NCBI GenBank assembly: GCA_964016885.1
Contig: OZ024741.1
Location: 6,014,001 to 6,078,000, forward strand
DNA length: 64,000 nt
Direction of reading: 5' to 3'
Source of the DNA: Eledone cirrhosa
Taxonomy: Eukaryota
This document shows, piece after piece, positions 15,001 to 28,080 of the stretch; positions within the stretch are counted from its first letter, which is position 1; each line of letters begins with the position of its first letter. Position numbers and translations under genes: made by a program. The notes beneath the pieces are model-generated. The model was not told the origin of the DNA. It worked only from the letters and a program-made list of their open reading frames with translations, and did no database searches.

Positions 15001-18000
15001 CACCAAAAGGAAGAAAGGGAACGATTGTTTCAATAGGGCAGCATCCCAAAAGGAAGAAAGGGAACGTTTGTTTCAATAGGGCAGCACCCCAAAAGGAAGA
15101 AAGGGGACGCTGGTGTCAATAGGGCAGCACCCCAAAAGGAAGAAAGGGAAGGCTTGTTTCAATAGGGCAGCATCCCAAAAGGAAGAAAGGGGACGTTTGT
15201 TTCAATAGGGCAGCACCCCAGAAAGAATAAAGGGAACGCTTGTGTCAATAGGGCAGCACACCAAAAGGAAGAAAGGGAAGGCTTGTTTCAATAGGGCAGC
15301 ACCCCCAAAGGAAGAAAGGGAAGGCTTGTTTCAATAGGGCAGCACCCCAAAACGAAGAACGGGAAGGCTTGTTTCAATAGAGCAGCACCCCAAACTGAAG
15401 AAAGGGAAGGCTTGTTTCAATAAGGCAGCGCCCCAAAAGGAAGAAAGGGAACGCTTGTTTCAATAGGGCAGCACCCCTGAAGAAAGAAAGGGAACGCTTG
15501 TGTCAATAGGGCAGCACCCTAATAGAAAGAAAGGCACTCTTGTGTCAATAGGGCAGCACCCCAAAAGGAAGAAAGGGAAGCCTTGTTTCAATAGGGCAGC
15601 ACCCTAAAAGGAAGAAAGGGAACGATTGTTTCAATAGGGCAGCACCCCAAAACGAAGGACGGGAAGGCTGGTTTCAATAGGGCAGCATCCCAAAAGGAAG
15701 AAAGGGAACGTTTGTTTCAATAGGGCAGCACTCCAAAAGGAAGAAAGGTAAGGCTTGTTTCAATAGGGCAGCACCCGAAAAGGAAGAAAGGGAAGGCTTG
15801 TTGCAATAGGGCAGCACACCAGTAGGAAGTAAGGGAAGGCTTAATTCAATAGGGCGGCACCCAAAAAGGAAGAAAGGGAAGGCTTTTTTCAATAGGGCAG
15901 CACCCCAAAAGGAAGAAAGGGAAGGCTTGTTTCAATAGGGCAGCACCCGAAAAGGAAGAAAGGGAAGGCTTGTTTCAATAAGACAGCACCCGAAAAGGAA
16001 GAAAGGGAAGGCTTGTTTCAATAGGGCAGCATCCCAAAAGGAAGAAAGTGAACGATTGTTTCAATGGGGCTTCATCCCAAAAGGAAGAAAGGGAACGTTT
16101 GTTTCAATAGGGCAGCACCCCAGAAGGAAGAAAGGGGACGCTTGTGTCAATAGGGCAGCACCCCAAAAGGAAGAAAGGGAAGGCTTGTTTCAATAGGGCA
16201 GCACCCTAAAAGGAAGAAAGGAAACGCTTGTTTCAATAGGGCAGCACCCCTAAAGGAAGAAAGTAACGCTTGTTTCAATAGGGCAGCACCCCAAAATGAA
16301 GAAAGGGAACGTTTGTTTCAATAGGGCAGCTCCCCAAAAGGAAGAAAGGGAAGGCTTGTTTCAATAGGGCAGCACCCCAAAAGGAAGAAAGGGAAGGCTT
16401 GTTTCAATAGGGCAGCACCCCAAAAGGAAGAAAGGGAAGGCTTGTTTCAATAGGGCAGCACCCCAAAAGGAAGAAAGGGAAGGCTATTTTCAATAGGGCA
16501 GCACCCCAAAACGAAGAATGGGAAGGCTTATTTTAATAGGGCAGCATCCCAAACGGAAGAAAGGGAACGTTTGTTTCAATAGGGCAGCACCCCAGAAGGA
16601 AGAAACGGACGCTTGTGTTAATAGGGCAGCACCCCAAAAGGAAGAAAGGGAAGGCTTGTTTCAATAGGGCAGCACCCTAAAAGGAAGAAAGGGAACGATT
16701 GTTTCAAGAGGGCAGCATCCCAAAAGGAAGAAAGGGAACGTTTGTTTCAATAGGGCAGCACCCCAAAAGGAAGAAAGGGGACGCTGGTGTCAATAGGGCA
16801 GCACCCCAAAAGGAAGAAAGGGAAGGCTTGTTTCAATAGGGCAGCACCCCAAAAGGAAGAAAGGGAAGGCTTGTTTCAATAAGGCAGCAACCCAAAACGA
16901 AGAACGGGAAGGCTTGTTTCAATAGGGCAGCATCCCAAAAGGAAGAAAGGGAACGTTTGTTTCAATGGGACAGCACCCCTGCAGAAAGAAAGGGAACGCT
17001 TGTGTCAGTAGGGCAGCACCCCAAAAGGAAGAAAGGGAAGGCTTGTTTCAATAGGGCAGCACCCTAAAAGGATGAAAGGGAACGCTTGTTTCAATAGGGC
17101 AGCACCCCTAAAGTAAAAAGGGAACGCTTGTTTCAATAGGGCAGCACCCCTAAAGTAAGAAAGGGAACGCTTGTTTCAATAGGGCAGTACCCCAAAAGGA
17201 AGAAAGGGAATGCTTGTTTCAATAGGGCAGCACCCCTAAAGGAAGAAAGGGAAGGCTTGTTTCAATAGGGCAGCACCCCAAAAGGAAGAAAGTGAACGCT
17301 TGTTTCAATAGGGCAGCTCCCCAAAAGGAAGAAACGGAACGCTTGTTTCAATAGGGCAGCACCCCTAAAGGAAGAAAGGGAACGCTTGTTTCAATAGGGC
17401 AGCACCCTAAAAGGAAGAAAGGGAACGCTTGTTTCAATAGGGCAGCTCCCCAAAAGGAAGAAAGGGAAGGCTTGTTTCAATAGGGCAGCACCCCAAAAGG
17501 AAGAAAGGCAATCTTGTTTCAATAGGGCAGCACCCCAAAAGGAAGAAAGGGAAGGCTTGTTTCAATAGGGCAGCACCCCAAAAGGAAGAAAGGGAAGGCT
17601 TGTTTCAATAGGGCAGCACCCCAAAACGAAGAACGGGAAGGCTTGTTTTAATAGGGCAGCATCCCAAAAGGAAGAAAGGGAACGTTTGTTTCAATAGGGC
17701 AGCACCCCAGAAGGAAGAAAGGGACGCTTGTGTCAATAGGGCAGCACCCCAAAAGGAAGAAAGGGAAGGCTTGTTTTAATAGGGCAGCACCCTAAAAGGA
17801 AGAAAGGGAATGATTGTTTCAATAGGGCAGCATCCCAAAAGTAAGAAAGGGAACGTTTGTTTCAATAGGGCAGCACCCCAGAAGGAAGAAAGGGGACGCT
17901 GGTGTCAATAGGGCATGACCCCAAAAGGAAGAAAGGGAAGGCTTGTTTCAATAGGGCAGCACCCGAAAAGGAAGAAAGGGAAGGCTTGTTGCAATAGGGC

Positions 18001-21000
18001 AGCACGCCAAAAGGAAGAAAGGGAACGATTGTTTCAATAGGGCAGCATCCCAAAAGGAAGAAAGGGAACGTTTGTTTCAATAGGGCAGCACCCCAAAAGG
18101 AAGAAAGGGGACGCTGGTGTCAATAGGGCAGCACCCCAAAAGGAAGAAAGGGAAGGCTTGTTTCAATAGGGCAGCACCCCAAAAGGAAGAAAGGGAAGGC
18201 TTGTTTCAATAGGGCAGCACCCCAAAACGAAGAACGGGAAGGCTTGTTTCAATAGGGCAGCATCCCAAAAGGAAGAAAGGGAACGTTTGTTTCAATGGGG
18301 CAGCACCCCCTAAGAAAGAAAGGGAACGCTTGTGTAAGTAGGGCAGCACCCCAAAAGGAAGAAAGGGTAGGCTTCTTTCAATAGGGCAGCACCCTAAAAG
18401 GATGAAAGGGAACGCTTGTTTCAATAGGGCAGCACCCCTAAAGGAAAAAGGGAACGCTTGTTTCAATAGGGCAGCACCCCTAAAGTAAGAAAGGGAACGC
18501 TTGTTTCAATAAGGCAGTACCCCAAAAGGAAGAAAGGGAATGCTTGTTTCAATAGGGCAGCACCCCTAAAGGAAGAAAGGGAAGGCTTGTTTCAATAGGG
18601 CAGCGCCCCAAAAGGAAGAAAGGGTACGCTTGTTTCATTAGGGCAGCACCCCAAAAGGAAGTAAGGTAACGCTAATTTCAATAGGGCAGCACCCAAAAAT
18701 GAAGAAAGGGAAGGCTTGTTTCAATAGGGCAGCACCCCAATAGGAAGAAAGGGAAGGCTTAATTCAATAGGGCAGCACCCAAATAGGAAGAAAGGGAAGG
18801 CTTGTTTCAATAGGGCAGCACCCCAAAAGGAAGAAAGGGAAGGCTTGTTTCAATAGGACAGCACCCGAAAAGGAAGAAAGGGAACGTTTGTTTCAATAGG
18901 GCAGCACCCCAGAAGGAAGAAAGGGGACGCTTGTGTCAATAGGGCAGCACCCCAAAAGGAAGAAAGGGAATGTTTGTTTCAATAGGGCAGCACCCTAAAA
19001 GGAAGAAAGGAAACGCTTGTTTCAATATGGCAGCACCCCTAAAGGAAGAAAGGGAACGCTTGTTTCAATAGGGCAGCACCCCTAAAGGAAGAATGGGAAC
19101 GCTTGTTTCAATAGGGCAGCACCCCAAAAGGAAGAAAAGGAATGCTTGTTTCAATAGGGCAACTCCCCAAAAGGAAGAAAGGGAAGGCTTGTTTCAATAG
19201 GGCAGCACCCCAAAAGGAAGAAAGGGAAGGCTTATTTCAATAGGGCAGCCCCCCAAAAGGAAGAAAGGGAAGGCTTGTTTCAATAGGGCAGCACCCCAAA
19301 ATGAAGAAAGGGAAGGCTTGTTTCAATAGGGCAGCACCCCAAAACGAAGAACGGGAAGGCTTGTTTCAATAGGGCAGCACCCCAAAAGGAAGAAAGGGAA
19401 GGCTTGTTTCAATAGGGCAGCACCCCAAAACGAAGAACGGGATGGCTTGTTTCAATAGGGCAGCATCCCAAAAGGAAGAAAGGGAACGTTTGTTTCAATA
19501 GGGCAGCACCCCAGAAGAAAGAAAGGGAACGTTTGTGTCAATAGGGCAGCACCCCAAAAGGAAGACAGGGAAGGCTTGATTCAATAGGGCAGCACCCTAA
19601 AAGGAAGAAAGGGAACGCTTGTTTCAATAGGTCAACACCCCTAAAGAAAGAAAGGGAACGCTTGTTTCAATAGGGCAGCACCCCTAAAGTAAGAAAGGGA
19701 ACGTTTGTTTCAATAGGGCAGTACTGCAAAAGGAAGAAAGGGAACGCTTGTTTCAATAGGGCAACACCCCTAAAGGAAGAAAGGGAAGGCTTGTTTCGAT
19801 AGGGCAGCGCCCCAAAAGGAAGAAAGGGAACGCTTGTTTCAATAGGGCAGCACCCCAAAAGGAAGAAAGGTAACGCTTGTTTCAATAGGGCAGCACCCCA
19901 AAATGAAGAAAGGGAAGGCTTCTTTCAATAGGGCAGCACCCCAAAAGGAAGAAAGGGAAGGCTTAATTCAATAGGGCAGCACCCAAAAAGGAAGAAAGGG
20001 AAGGCTTGTTTCAATAGGGCAGCACCCCAAAATGAAGAAAGGGAAGGCTTGTTTCAATAGGGCAGCACCCGAAAAGGAAGAAAGGGAAGGCTTGTTTCAA
20101 TAGGACAGCACCCCTAAAGGAAGAAAGGGAACGATTGTTTCAATAGGGCAGCATCCCAAAAGGAAGAAAGGGAACGTTTGTTTCAATAGGGCAGCGCTCC
20201 AGAAGGAAGAAAGGGGACGGTTGTGTCAATAGGGCAGCACCCCAAAAGGAAGAAAGGGAAGGCTTGTTTCAATAGGGCAGCAACCTAAAAGGAAGAAAGG
20301 GAACGCTTGTTTCAATAGGGCAGCACCCCAAAAGGAAGAAATGGAACGCTTATTTCAATAGGGCAGCTCCCCAAAATGAAGAAAGGGAAGGCTTGTTTCA
20401 ATAGGGCAGCACCCCAAAAGGAAGAAAGGGATGGCTTGTTTCAATAGGGCAGCATCCCAAAAGGAAGAAAGGGAAGGCTTGTTTCAATAGGGCAGCACCC
20501 CAAACCGAAGAACGGCAAGGCCTGTTTTAATAGGGCAGCATCCCAAAAGGAAGAAAGGGAACGTTTGTTTCAATAGGGCAGCACCCCAGAAGGAAGAAAG
20601 GGAACGCTTGTGTCAATAGGGCAGCACCCCAAAAGGAAGAAAGGGAAGGCTTGTTTCAATAGGGCAGCATCCCAAAAGGAAGACAGGGAACGCTTGTTTC
20701 AATAGGACAGCACCCCAAAAGGAAGAAATGGAAGGCTTGTTTCAATAGGACAGCACCCCAAAAGGAAGAAAAGGAATGTTTGTTTCAATAGGGCAGCACC
20801 CCAAAAGGAAGAAAGGGAAGGCTTGTTTCAATAGGGCAGCACCCCAAAACGAAGAACGGGAAGGCTTGTTTCAATAGGGCAGCAACCCTAAAAGAAGAAA
20901 GGGAACGCTTGTCTCAATAGGGCAGCACCCCTAAAGGAAGAAAGGGAACGCTTGTTTCAATAGGGCAGCACACCTAAAGGAAGAAAGGGAAGGCTTGTTT

Positions 21001-21108
21001 CAATAGAGCAGCACCCCAAAAGGAAGAAAGGGAAGGCTTGTTTCAATAGGGCAGCACCCCAAAAGGAAGAAAGGGAAGGCTAGTTTCAATAGGGCAGCAC
21101 CCTAAAAG
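1..21108. repeat. 43-bp tandem satellite, consensus TTTCAATAGGGCAGCACCCCAAAAGGAAGAAAGGGAAGGCTTG; about 490 units; continues off the left edge
   Basis: Head-to-tail repeats with point variants are directly visible. The array ends at ...GCACCCTAAAAGTA near 21108. Confidence 0.98.
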
Positions 21109-21166
21109 TAGTACAGCATATGCGTGTGGTAAGTATATACGTTCAACAATCTGGCAGGAAGGTATA

Positions 21167-21207
21167 CATTGCTGACGATAACTAATAAGCTTGAAACTTG
21201 TACAGCG
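21167..21207 (+). ncRNA. Minimal type-I hammerhead ribozyme motif with degenerate stems (family 1)
   Basis: cattg-CTGACGA-taactaataagctt-GAAA-c-tt-g-TA-cagcg. The core is complete (CUGANGA, GAAA, GUA); stems I and II have mismatches. Confidence 0.55.
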
Positions 21208-21407
21208 TTCCTTTGTCAGTGTTGAACAAACAAGCAACGATGGTTGCTGGACACTACAGCTTAATACGGGATGTTTGTTTACAAACACACCGAGCATTAC
21301 AATAAATGTTCGATGAATCCATACATACATATATATATGTGTGTATGTATATATATATATACATACTACTGTACGTCTGTATACATATATGTATGTACGT
21401 GTGCATA

Positions 21408-21448
<41 letters not shown>

Positions 21449-21719
21449 CGAGGATCTTATTTAAACCTTACCTTCTCGCTTACCTAAACTACCCCAACTT
21501 TAATTCTGTCGTATTTTTCAAAACAAAAATCCTTCTTATATATTCTTTTTAAATATATTTGTTATTTCGAGGACCGTATTTAAACATTTAAACTTTTAAC
21601 CCCTGCTCCTTCCTATCTTCTCCCCCTCCCCTACATCATGCTGGTTCTTATTTAAACCTTACCTTCTCGCTAACAACTCAACATCCCTCCCGCCCGCCCC
21701 CACGCACCACCATTATTAT

Positions 21720-24700
21720 TGTCAGAGGCCTATACTATCGCTTACCTGGTTGCCTTTCGATATGATGGATTGACTACGGAATTCTGGAGAGTTGAAGAGA
21801 GAGAAATCTGGACGCTCAGCGACAATGCCAAAGATAAAGACAAATTCACCTCGTGGACGAGAATGCGAGCACTCCTCCTCTTTGTTTCGGCCGCGGATGG
21901 CTAACATAACCCCATCTCCCCCCGCGCCCCACCGCTTCCCCCCACCCTCCAAACGCAATCCAAAACTTCAGAGTTGGTACCATGAATGTAGGCACCTTAA
22001 AGGGTCGCTCTAAGGAGGTTGTAGAAATGCTTGAACGTAAGGAGGTCGATGTTTGTTGTATTCAAGAGACCAGGTGGAGGGGTGGGTCTGTTAGATTCAT
22101 TGTGGGTAAAAAACGATGCTATAAGCTTTTCTGGGTGGGAAATGACAACGGGCTGGGTGGAGTAGGAATCATGGTAGCAGAAAAGTGGGCAGATAAGATA
22201 ATAGACGTAAATAGAGTGAACGACAGAATAATTAAAATAAGACTTGCCCTCAATAGAGGGCAAATAGAACTACGGTGACAGTAATATCTGCGTACGCACC
22301 CCAATCCAGACTGCCCGGCACTATGAAAGACAGATTCTATGAGACACTGATGCTCACTACCTCCCAAATAACCGACAGTGACTATATAATTATTGCAGGC
22401 GACCTAAATGGCCACGTTGGACAACATTGTGACGGCTACGACGGAATCCATGGAGGCTATGGGTTTGGTACTAGAAATGAGGAAGGCTCCAGAATCCTGG
22501 AATTCTGTGACGCAAATAACCTAACTATCTGTAACACTAACTTCAAAAAACATGACAATCACCTGATCACCTATAGATCGGGGGAACACACAAGCCAGGT
22601 AGATTATATCCTTACCAGAAGACGTGACAGAGTGTCTGTTGTAAACACTAAATCCCTCCCCCATGAAGAATGCACCTCCCAACATAGACTGATAATTAGC
22701 GACCTAATAGTCAGGACGAGACGTACTAGACAGCAGAAGAGGACTATCCTAAGTCTGTGCCTGGAGCAGGCCTGTAGGCAGGAGGAGAGTAACTTGGTGG
22801 TGGGACAGTAAGGTGGAGGGGTCAATTAAGGCCAAAAAGCAGGCTTGGAAAGTATGGCGGGATGGGGGAAGTAGAGAAGACTATCAAGTGGCCAGGAATG
22901 AAGCAAGGAGACAAGTGTACTTCGCAAGAAGGGAAGCAGAGGAAAGAAAGTTCAAGCATGTTCTACAACGCGAGGACCAAAAACGTGAGGTGTTCAGGAT
23001 TGCTAGGCAATGTGTCAAGGAAAACCGTGATATTGTCGGGGAGAAGTGTGTCCTTAATGATGATGGCGTACTTGCCATCACCGACGCTGATAAGAAGGTA
23101 GCTTGGAAGTGTCACTACGAAAGGCTACTAAATGAGGAGAATAAATGGGAGAAAGACAGTCTCCCCCACATCGACCCAATAGAGGGACCAGCAGTGTTAG
23201 ACGAGGGTAGTATAATAAGTAAGGCAATCAAAGATATGAAGACGGGTAAGGCAGCTGGGCCTTCGGAAATAGTTGCTGAGATGCTGAAGGCATCTGGAAC
23301 GGTGGGACACACCATGGTCACCCGGATAGTAAACCAAGTCGTACAGAATGGGGTTGTTCCGAAGGACTGGCGTAGCAGCATCATCATTAACTGTTATAAG
23401 GGTTAAGGAGATGCCCTAGATAGGAGTAACTATAGAGGCGTTAAATTAATCGACCAGGTCATGAAGGTCACGGAAACAGTAATAGCGCAACTAATCAGAG
23501 AGAGAATTGATCTAGATGAAATGCAGTTCGGGTTTGTGTCAGGCAAAAGTACCACAGACGCTCTTTTCATTGTACGACAACTACAGGAGAAGTACCTAGC
23601 TAAAAGTAAACCCCTATACTTAGCTTTTGTCGACTTTGAGAAAGCCTTCGACAGAGTCCCCCGTTCCATTATCTGGTGGGCTCTTAGAAAACTAGGTGTT
23701 GACGAATGGCTTGTGAGAGCTATACAAGCCATGTATAAAGAAACAGTCAGCAAGGTTAGAATTAACAACGAATATAGTGAAGAGTTTAGCGTAAAAGTTG
23801 GTGTCCATCAGGGCTCTGTTCTTAGCCCCCTACTATTTATTATTGCCTTCAGGCTATAACAGAGGAGTTCAAGACCGGCTGCCCATGGGAACTCCTATAC
23901 GCAGATGATCTAACGCTCATAGCTGAATCAATGGCCGAGCTAGAGAAGAAATTCCAAACATGGAAGCACGGCCTAGAATCAAAAGGCCTTAAAATTAACC
24001 TGGCTAAGACTAAAGTTCTAGTTTGTAAGAAAGAAAATAAGGCGGCGGTCCCTTCCGGGAAGTGGCCATGCTCAGTGTGTAGGAAAGGAGTAGGTAGAAA
24101 CTCCATTTTATGTCCCAAATGCAAAGTATGGGTGCATAAAAGATGTAGTGGGATCACAGGTAAGCTAACTAAGAACATAGATTTTACATGTGGCCGGTGC
24201 TCTGGTGCAATAAGTAGCAGCAAGGGCCCACAAAATACTAGCTCTTTCAATTGCGCAGAGGGTTCTATAGAAATAGTGGACACCTTCCGTTACCTGGGTG
24301 ACAAAATTAGCAGTGGGGGAGGGTGCTCTGAAAGTACAGTAGCTAGAGTCAGAACTGGATGGAAAAAGTTCAGAGAGCTTATACCACTATTAGCCGCTAA
24401 AGGGTTCTCCCTAAAAATGAAAGGCAGGTTGTATGATGCCTGCATACAACCAGCAATGTTGCATGGCAGTGAGACCTGGGCATTGTGTGCAGAGGATATA
24501 CGCAGACTAGAGAGGAACGAAACTTGCATGCTCCGCTGGATGTGTAATATTAATATACGTGAACGGCAAAGCATAAACGAACTAAGGAAAAAATTAGAAA
24601 TAAGAGGGATCAGATGTTGTTTACTCGAGAGAAGGCTACGTTGGTATGGACACGTGATGCGCATGAAAGACGACAGCTGTATAACAAAGTGCAGGGCAAT

Positions 24701-25243
24701 AAAGATAGATGGTAGCCACGGAGTAGGCAGACCCAGAAAAACCTGGGACGACTTGATAAATTCCGACCTCACACACTTACACCTCTCCAAGACAATGTCA
24801 CTGGACCGAGATCTTTGGCGGTACTCAGTAATAGAGAAGACCCGCCTTACCTAAATATAAAGTAAAACCTACTACAGTCAGTAGGCATCTCTAACAAGAT
24901 ACACCCCCCCACCCCACCCCATCCACACCGCCCCTTTCAATGTAAAGTTATGTTGGTCCCACAACATCCAGGCCGAAACAAATGAGATCGTGTAGGTGCC
25001 ACGACAAAAAACACACAGTCCACGCTGTAATGTGGCCGTGTAGGTAACACGGTAAAAACCTCCCAGCCCCACACTGTAAATGTGGTTGGTGTTAGGAAGG
25101 GCATCCAGCTGTAGAAAACCCGCCAGACAGTCCTATGCGAGCAATGACAACCACTCTTGCCTCAAGTGGGAAAACTCCCGTCCAAACCCATGCAAGCGTG
25201 GAACATGGACGTTAAACGATGATGATGATGATCATGATGATGA
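21720..25243 (+). mobile_element. RTE-clade non-LTR retrotransposon, near full length, decayed (copy 1)
   Basis: APE endonuclease (NVGTL..CIQETRW, SAYAPQ, GDLNGHVG, SQVDYIL) followed by RT (QFGF, FVDFEKAFDRV, GVHQGSVLSP, LYADD). 3' UTR ends in a (GAT)n tail. The 5' boundary is uncertain. Confidence 0.93.
21897..24854 (+). pseudogene. RTE EN-RT ORF disrupted by frameshifts, an internal deletion (~22752) and a premature TAA (23404)
   Basis: ORF pieces 21982, 22275, 22813, 23461 and 23931 join into one EN-RT protein. Copy 2 has GGTAAA where this copy has GGTTAA, and copy 2 retains ~160 bp missing here. Confidence 0.9.
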
Positions 25244-25254
25244 TATATATGTAT

Positions 25255-25505
25255 ATAATAATAATAATAATAATGAAAATATTGTGTACAGTGCTCAGGT
25301 GCACTACAACTCATCAAAAAGTGTATGTATAGTACATGGGGTAATGTAGGAACGTCAGGAAAATGAAGAGTGTATGAGTCATGATATACACGTGTGTGCA
25401 TGTGTATGTAAGGGGGACATCAGGTGTAGTTTTGGCGAATTTCAGAAAGCACGAGGGTTTTAAAGGATTCAGTGTCTCGGCAGCTAACAACTGACGCAGG
25501 CAGTA
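25255..25505 (-). mobile_element. CR1-like LINE 3' fragment with (ATT)n tail
   Basis: Reverse complement matches 27785-28003 (LPASVVSCRD.. plus 3' UTR TGAGTTGTAGTGCACCTGA..). Confidence 0.75.
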
Positions 25506-25520
25506 TGTATATATATATAT

Positions 25521-25747
25521 ATCATCATCGTTTAACGTCCATCTTCCATGCTAGCATGGGTAGGACAGGCTGTCCCTTTGTGAGGGGTCAGGTTGAGGGA
25601 CCATGAATTTGCTCACACAGAACTGATATTGGCTTGGTTTCTACAGCTGTATGCCCTTCCCAACACCAACCACTTTACAGTGTGAACCGCGTACTTTTTG
25701 TCATGACACCTACATGACCACTTTATAGTGTGGGCTTTATTGTCATG
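25521..25747 (-). mobile_element. RTE-type 3' tail / SINE tail fragment
   Basis: (CAT)n-CGTTTAACGTCC..GCATGGGT..TGCCCTTCC.AACACCAACC, the same tail as the RTE copies. Confidence 0.75.
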
Positions 25748-26067
25748 GGTCGAGGGCGGAGGTCATTTTATGGAGGGGGTTGGAAGCTTGTGAGGAGTGG
25801 GGAAGTTGCTTTTTAATGAAAGACACTGGCAATGATTTTCAAATAATTTTGAAATAATCAAGAATTTGGAGGGAATTTTATAATATATCTGACAAAGTTC
25901 CTCATAAGCTGACATTTGGAACATAGCCTTGCAAGGTTCTGGCAATTATGATGGAAGGGGTTTCAAAATATAAGTACTTTAAAATAAACAATTCACTATC
26001 ATGTGGTCAGTAGCGGTAGTTTCTAGTGATTTGGTATCAAAAGGACGAGTATTGAGGCTTCTGACAA

Positions 26068-26332
26068 GACACACATACAGAAATAAACATACATACACAC
26101 ACATACACACACACACACACATGCACATACACACACACATACAGACATACACACATACACTCACATACATGCACACACACACACATACATGCACATACAC
26201 ACATACACACACACATACACAGAGACAAACACACACACATACTCACAGAGACAAACACACACACAGACACAAACACACACTCACACACACACACAAAAAC
26301 ACACACACACACGCACACATAAACACACACAG
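26068..26332. repeat. Imperfect (CA)n microsatellite
   Basis: CA-rich low-complexity run. Confidence 0.9.
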
Positions 26333-26516
26333 ATATTAGATATGAACCCTGCTGTGTTTTCTATACTTTCCTCATCTACTTTTATTACAATTTATGATAA
26401 TTAACAGATCTAACCTGGATTTCAGCCAATATTTCTCTTGCTTGTTTCATTGGTACAGGCTTGGTGGGGGTGTGTGTCTGTACCTTTGTATGTATACACA
26501 CATACACACACACACC

Positions 26517-26548
<32 letters not shown>

Positions 26549-26560
26549 CATATATATATA

Positions 26561-26846
26561 GATGGTGGATGGGTGCTACATGAGAATGCTGAGGATGGCT
26601 CTGAACATTAATCAGTATACGCTGAGGATGAAGAACTCAGAGCTGTATGGGAGCCTCCCAAAAGTCAGCTCAAAAGTGACACAGAGGAGACTGAGGTTAG
26701 CTGGACATGCTTACCGACATCCAGAGTTGACATTGCACTCAGTGCTCCTGTGGGAGCCTCTGCATGGACACAGTAGAAGAGGAAGGCCGAGGTTAACATA
26801 TGTTGATGCCCTAAGGACAGACACTGGTCTGTTGGAGACGCAGGAC
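26561..26846 (+). mobile_element. 3' fragment of RT from a second RTE-like family
   Basis: DGCYMRMLRMALNI..RRLRLAGH..LLWEP..RGRPRLTYVD is a typical RTE C-terminus and differs in sequence from copies 1-3. Confidence 0.75.
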
Positions 26847-27117
26847 ATCATCATCATCATCATCATCATCGTTTAACGTCCACCTTCCACACTTGCATGG
26901 GTTTGGACAGGAGTTTTCCCACTTGAGGCAAGATTGGTTGTCCTGCTCGTATAGGACTGTCTGGCGGGTTTTCTACCGCTGGATGCCCTTCCTAACACCA
27001 ACCACGTTTACAGTGTGGACTGGGAGGTTTTTACCGTGTTACCTACACGGCCACATTACAGCGTGGACTGTGTGTTTTTTGTCGTGACACCTACACGTCT
27101 GGCGGGTTTTCTACGGC
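26847..27117 (-). mobile_element. RTE 3' UTR/tail fragment (same family as copies 1-3)
   Basis: Close match to the reverse complement of 24985-25243. Confidence 0.85.
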
Positions 27118-27221
27118 AGCGATAATGAGGGACAGAGACTGGTGGTGAGAACTGATCCATGGATCTCGGGAATTTTACCCGCCTTAGAAATATAGATATA
27201 TAGACTGTGTGATAAAAAGCA

Positions 27222-27321
27222 ACTGGAAGGGTTGGTGTGAGGAAGGGCACCTAGCCGTAGAACATAAAGTCTCATCTAACCCATGCCAGCATGGAAAGAT
27301 GTAAAGATGAGGATGATCATG
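27222..27321 (+). mobile_element. Short degenerate RTE/SINE tail
   Basis: GGTTGGTGTGAGGAAGGGCAC..ACCCATGCCAGCATGGAA..GATGA. Confidence 0.55.
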
Positions 27322-27667
27322 ATAATACATACACAACACACAAAAACAAGATGGTGTATCACAGAACAAAGAAGTGATCAAAATAAAAACCTAGTCACTG
27401 AGGAGGTCACAAAATGCGTGACGAAAGAGCTTTGGCAATATATAAACAACCAATTAGTTATCGAACCAACCAACCGTAAATTTTAATAAATTGAAGTGAG
27501 AACCAACAGGTGCATGTGTTTTTATTGGCAACATGACCCTCCCAAAGTATAACAATATCTGTTTCAACACATGTTTTCAGATAGGAAATTTCGCAAAACA
27601 AATTCAAAGACGAAATATATATATATATATACATATACATGTACATATATATAATATATATATATAT

Positions 27668-28003
27668 ATTGATCTCCATGTGTCTAACACACGTGGACAT
27701 GCCTACAAAATCAGAAAGCAGCACAGCTCCCATGACTTTCGGAAACATTTTTTCATGCTCAGAGTTGCTGAAGCATGGAACAAACTGCCTGCATCAGTTG
27801 TTAGCTGCCGAGACACTGCATCCTTTAAAACCCTCATGCTTCCCGAAATTCGCCAAAACTACACCTGATGTCTCCCTTCCATACACATGCACACATGTGT
27901 ATATCATGACTCATGCACTGTTCATTTTTCTATGTACTATACATACATTTTTAATGAGTTGTAGTGCACCTGAACACTGTACACAATATTTTCATTATTA
28001 TTA
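27668..28003 (+). mobile_element. CR1-like LINE 3' end
   Basis: NTRGHAYKI..RKHFF.LRVAEAWNKLPASVV..SFK is the CR1 C-terminal motif; followed by 3' UTR and (ATT)n. Confidence 0.85.
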
Positions 28004-28080
28004 TTTATATATATGACCCAACTTCCCATGGGCACAAGCCGAAGCTGAAGCATATACACAGAATGCCTCCCACCCCATCC

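Noticed and set aside
1288-19885. Repeated 71-86-aa minus-strand ORFs (MKQ.FPFFLL..)
   Set aside because: Translation artefacts of the satellite.
1-21108. CRISPR-like appearance (GTTTCAAT / ATTGAAAC motif at a regular period)
   Set aside because: There are no unique spacers because the whole 43-mer repeats. No cas genes are present and the context is eukaryotic.
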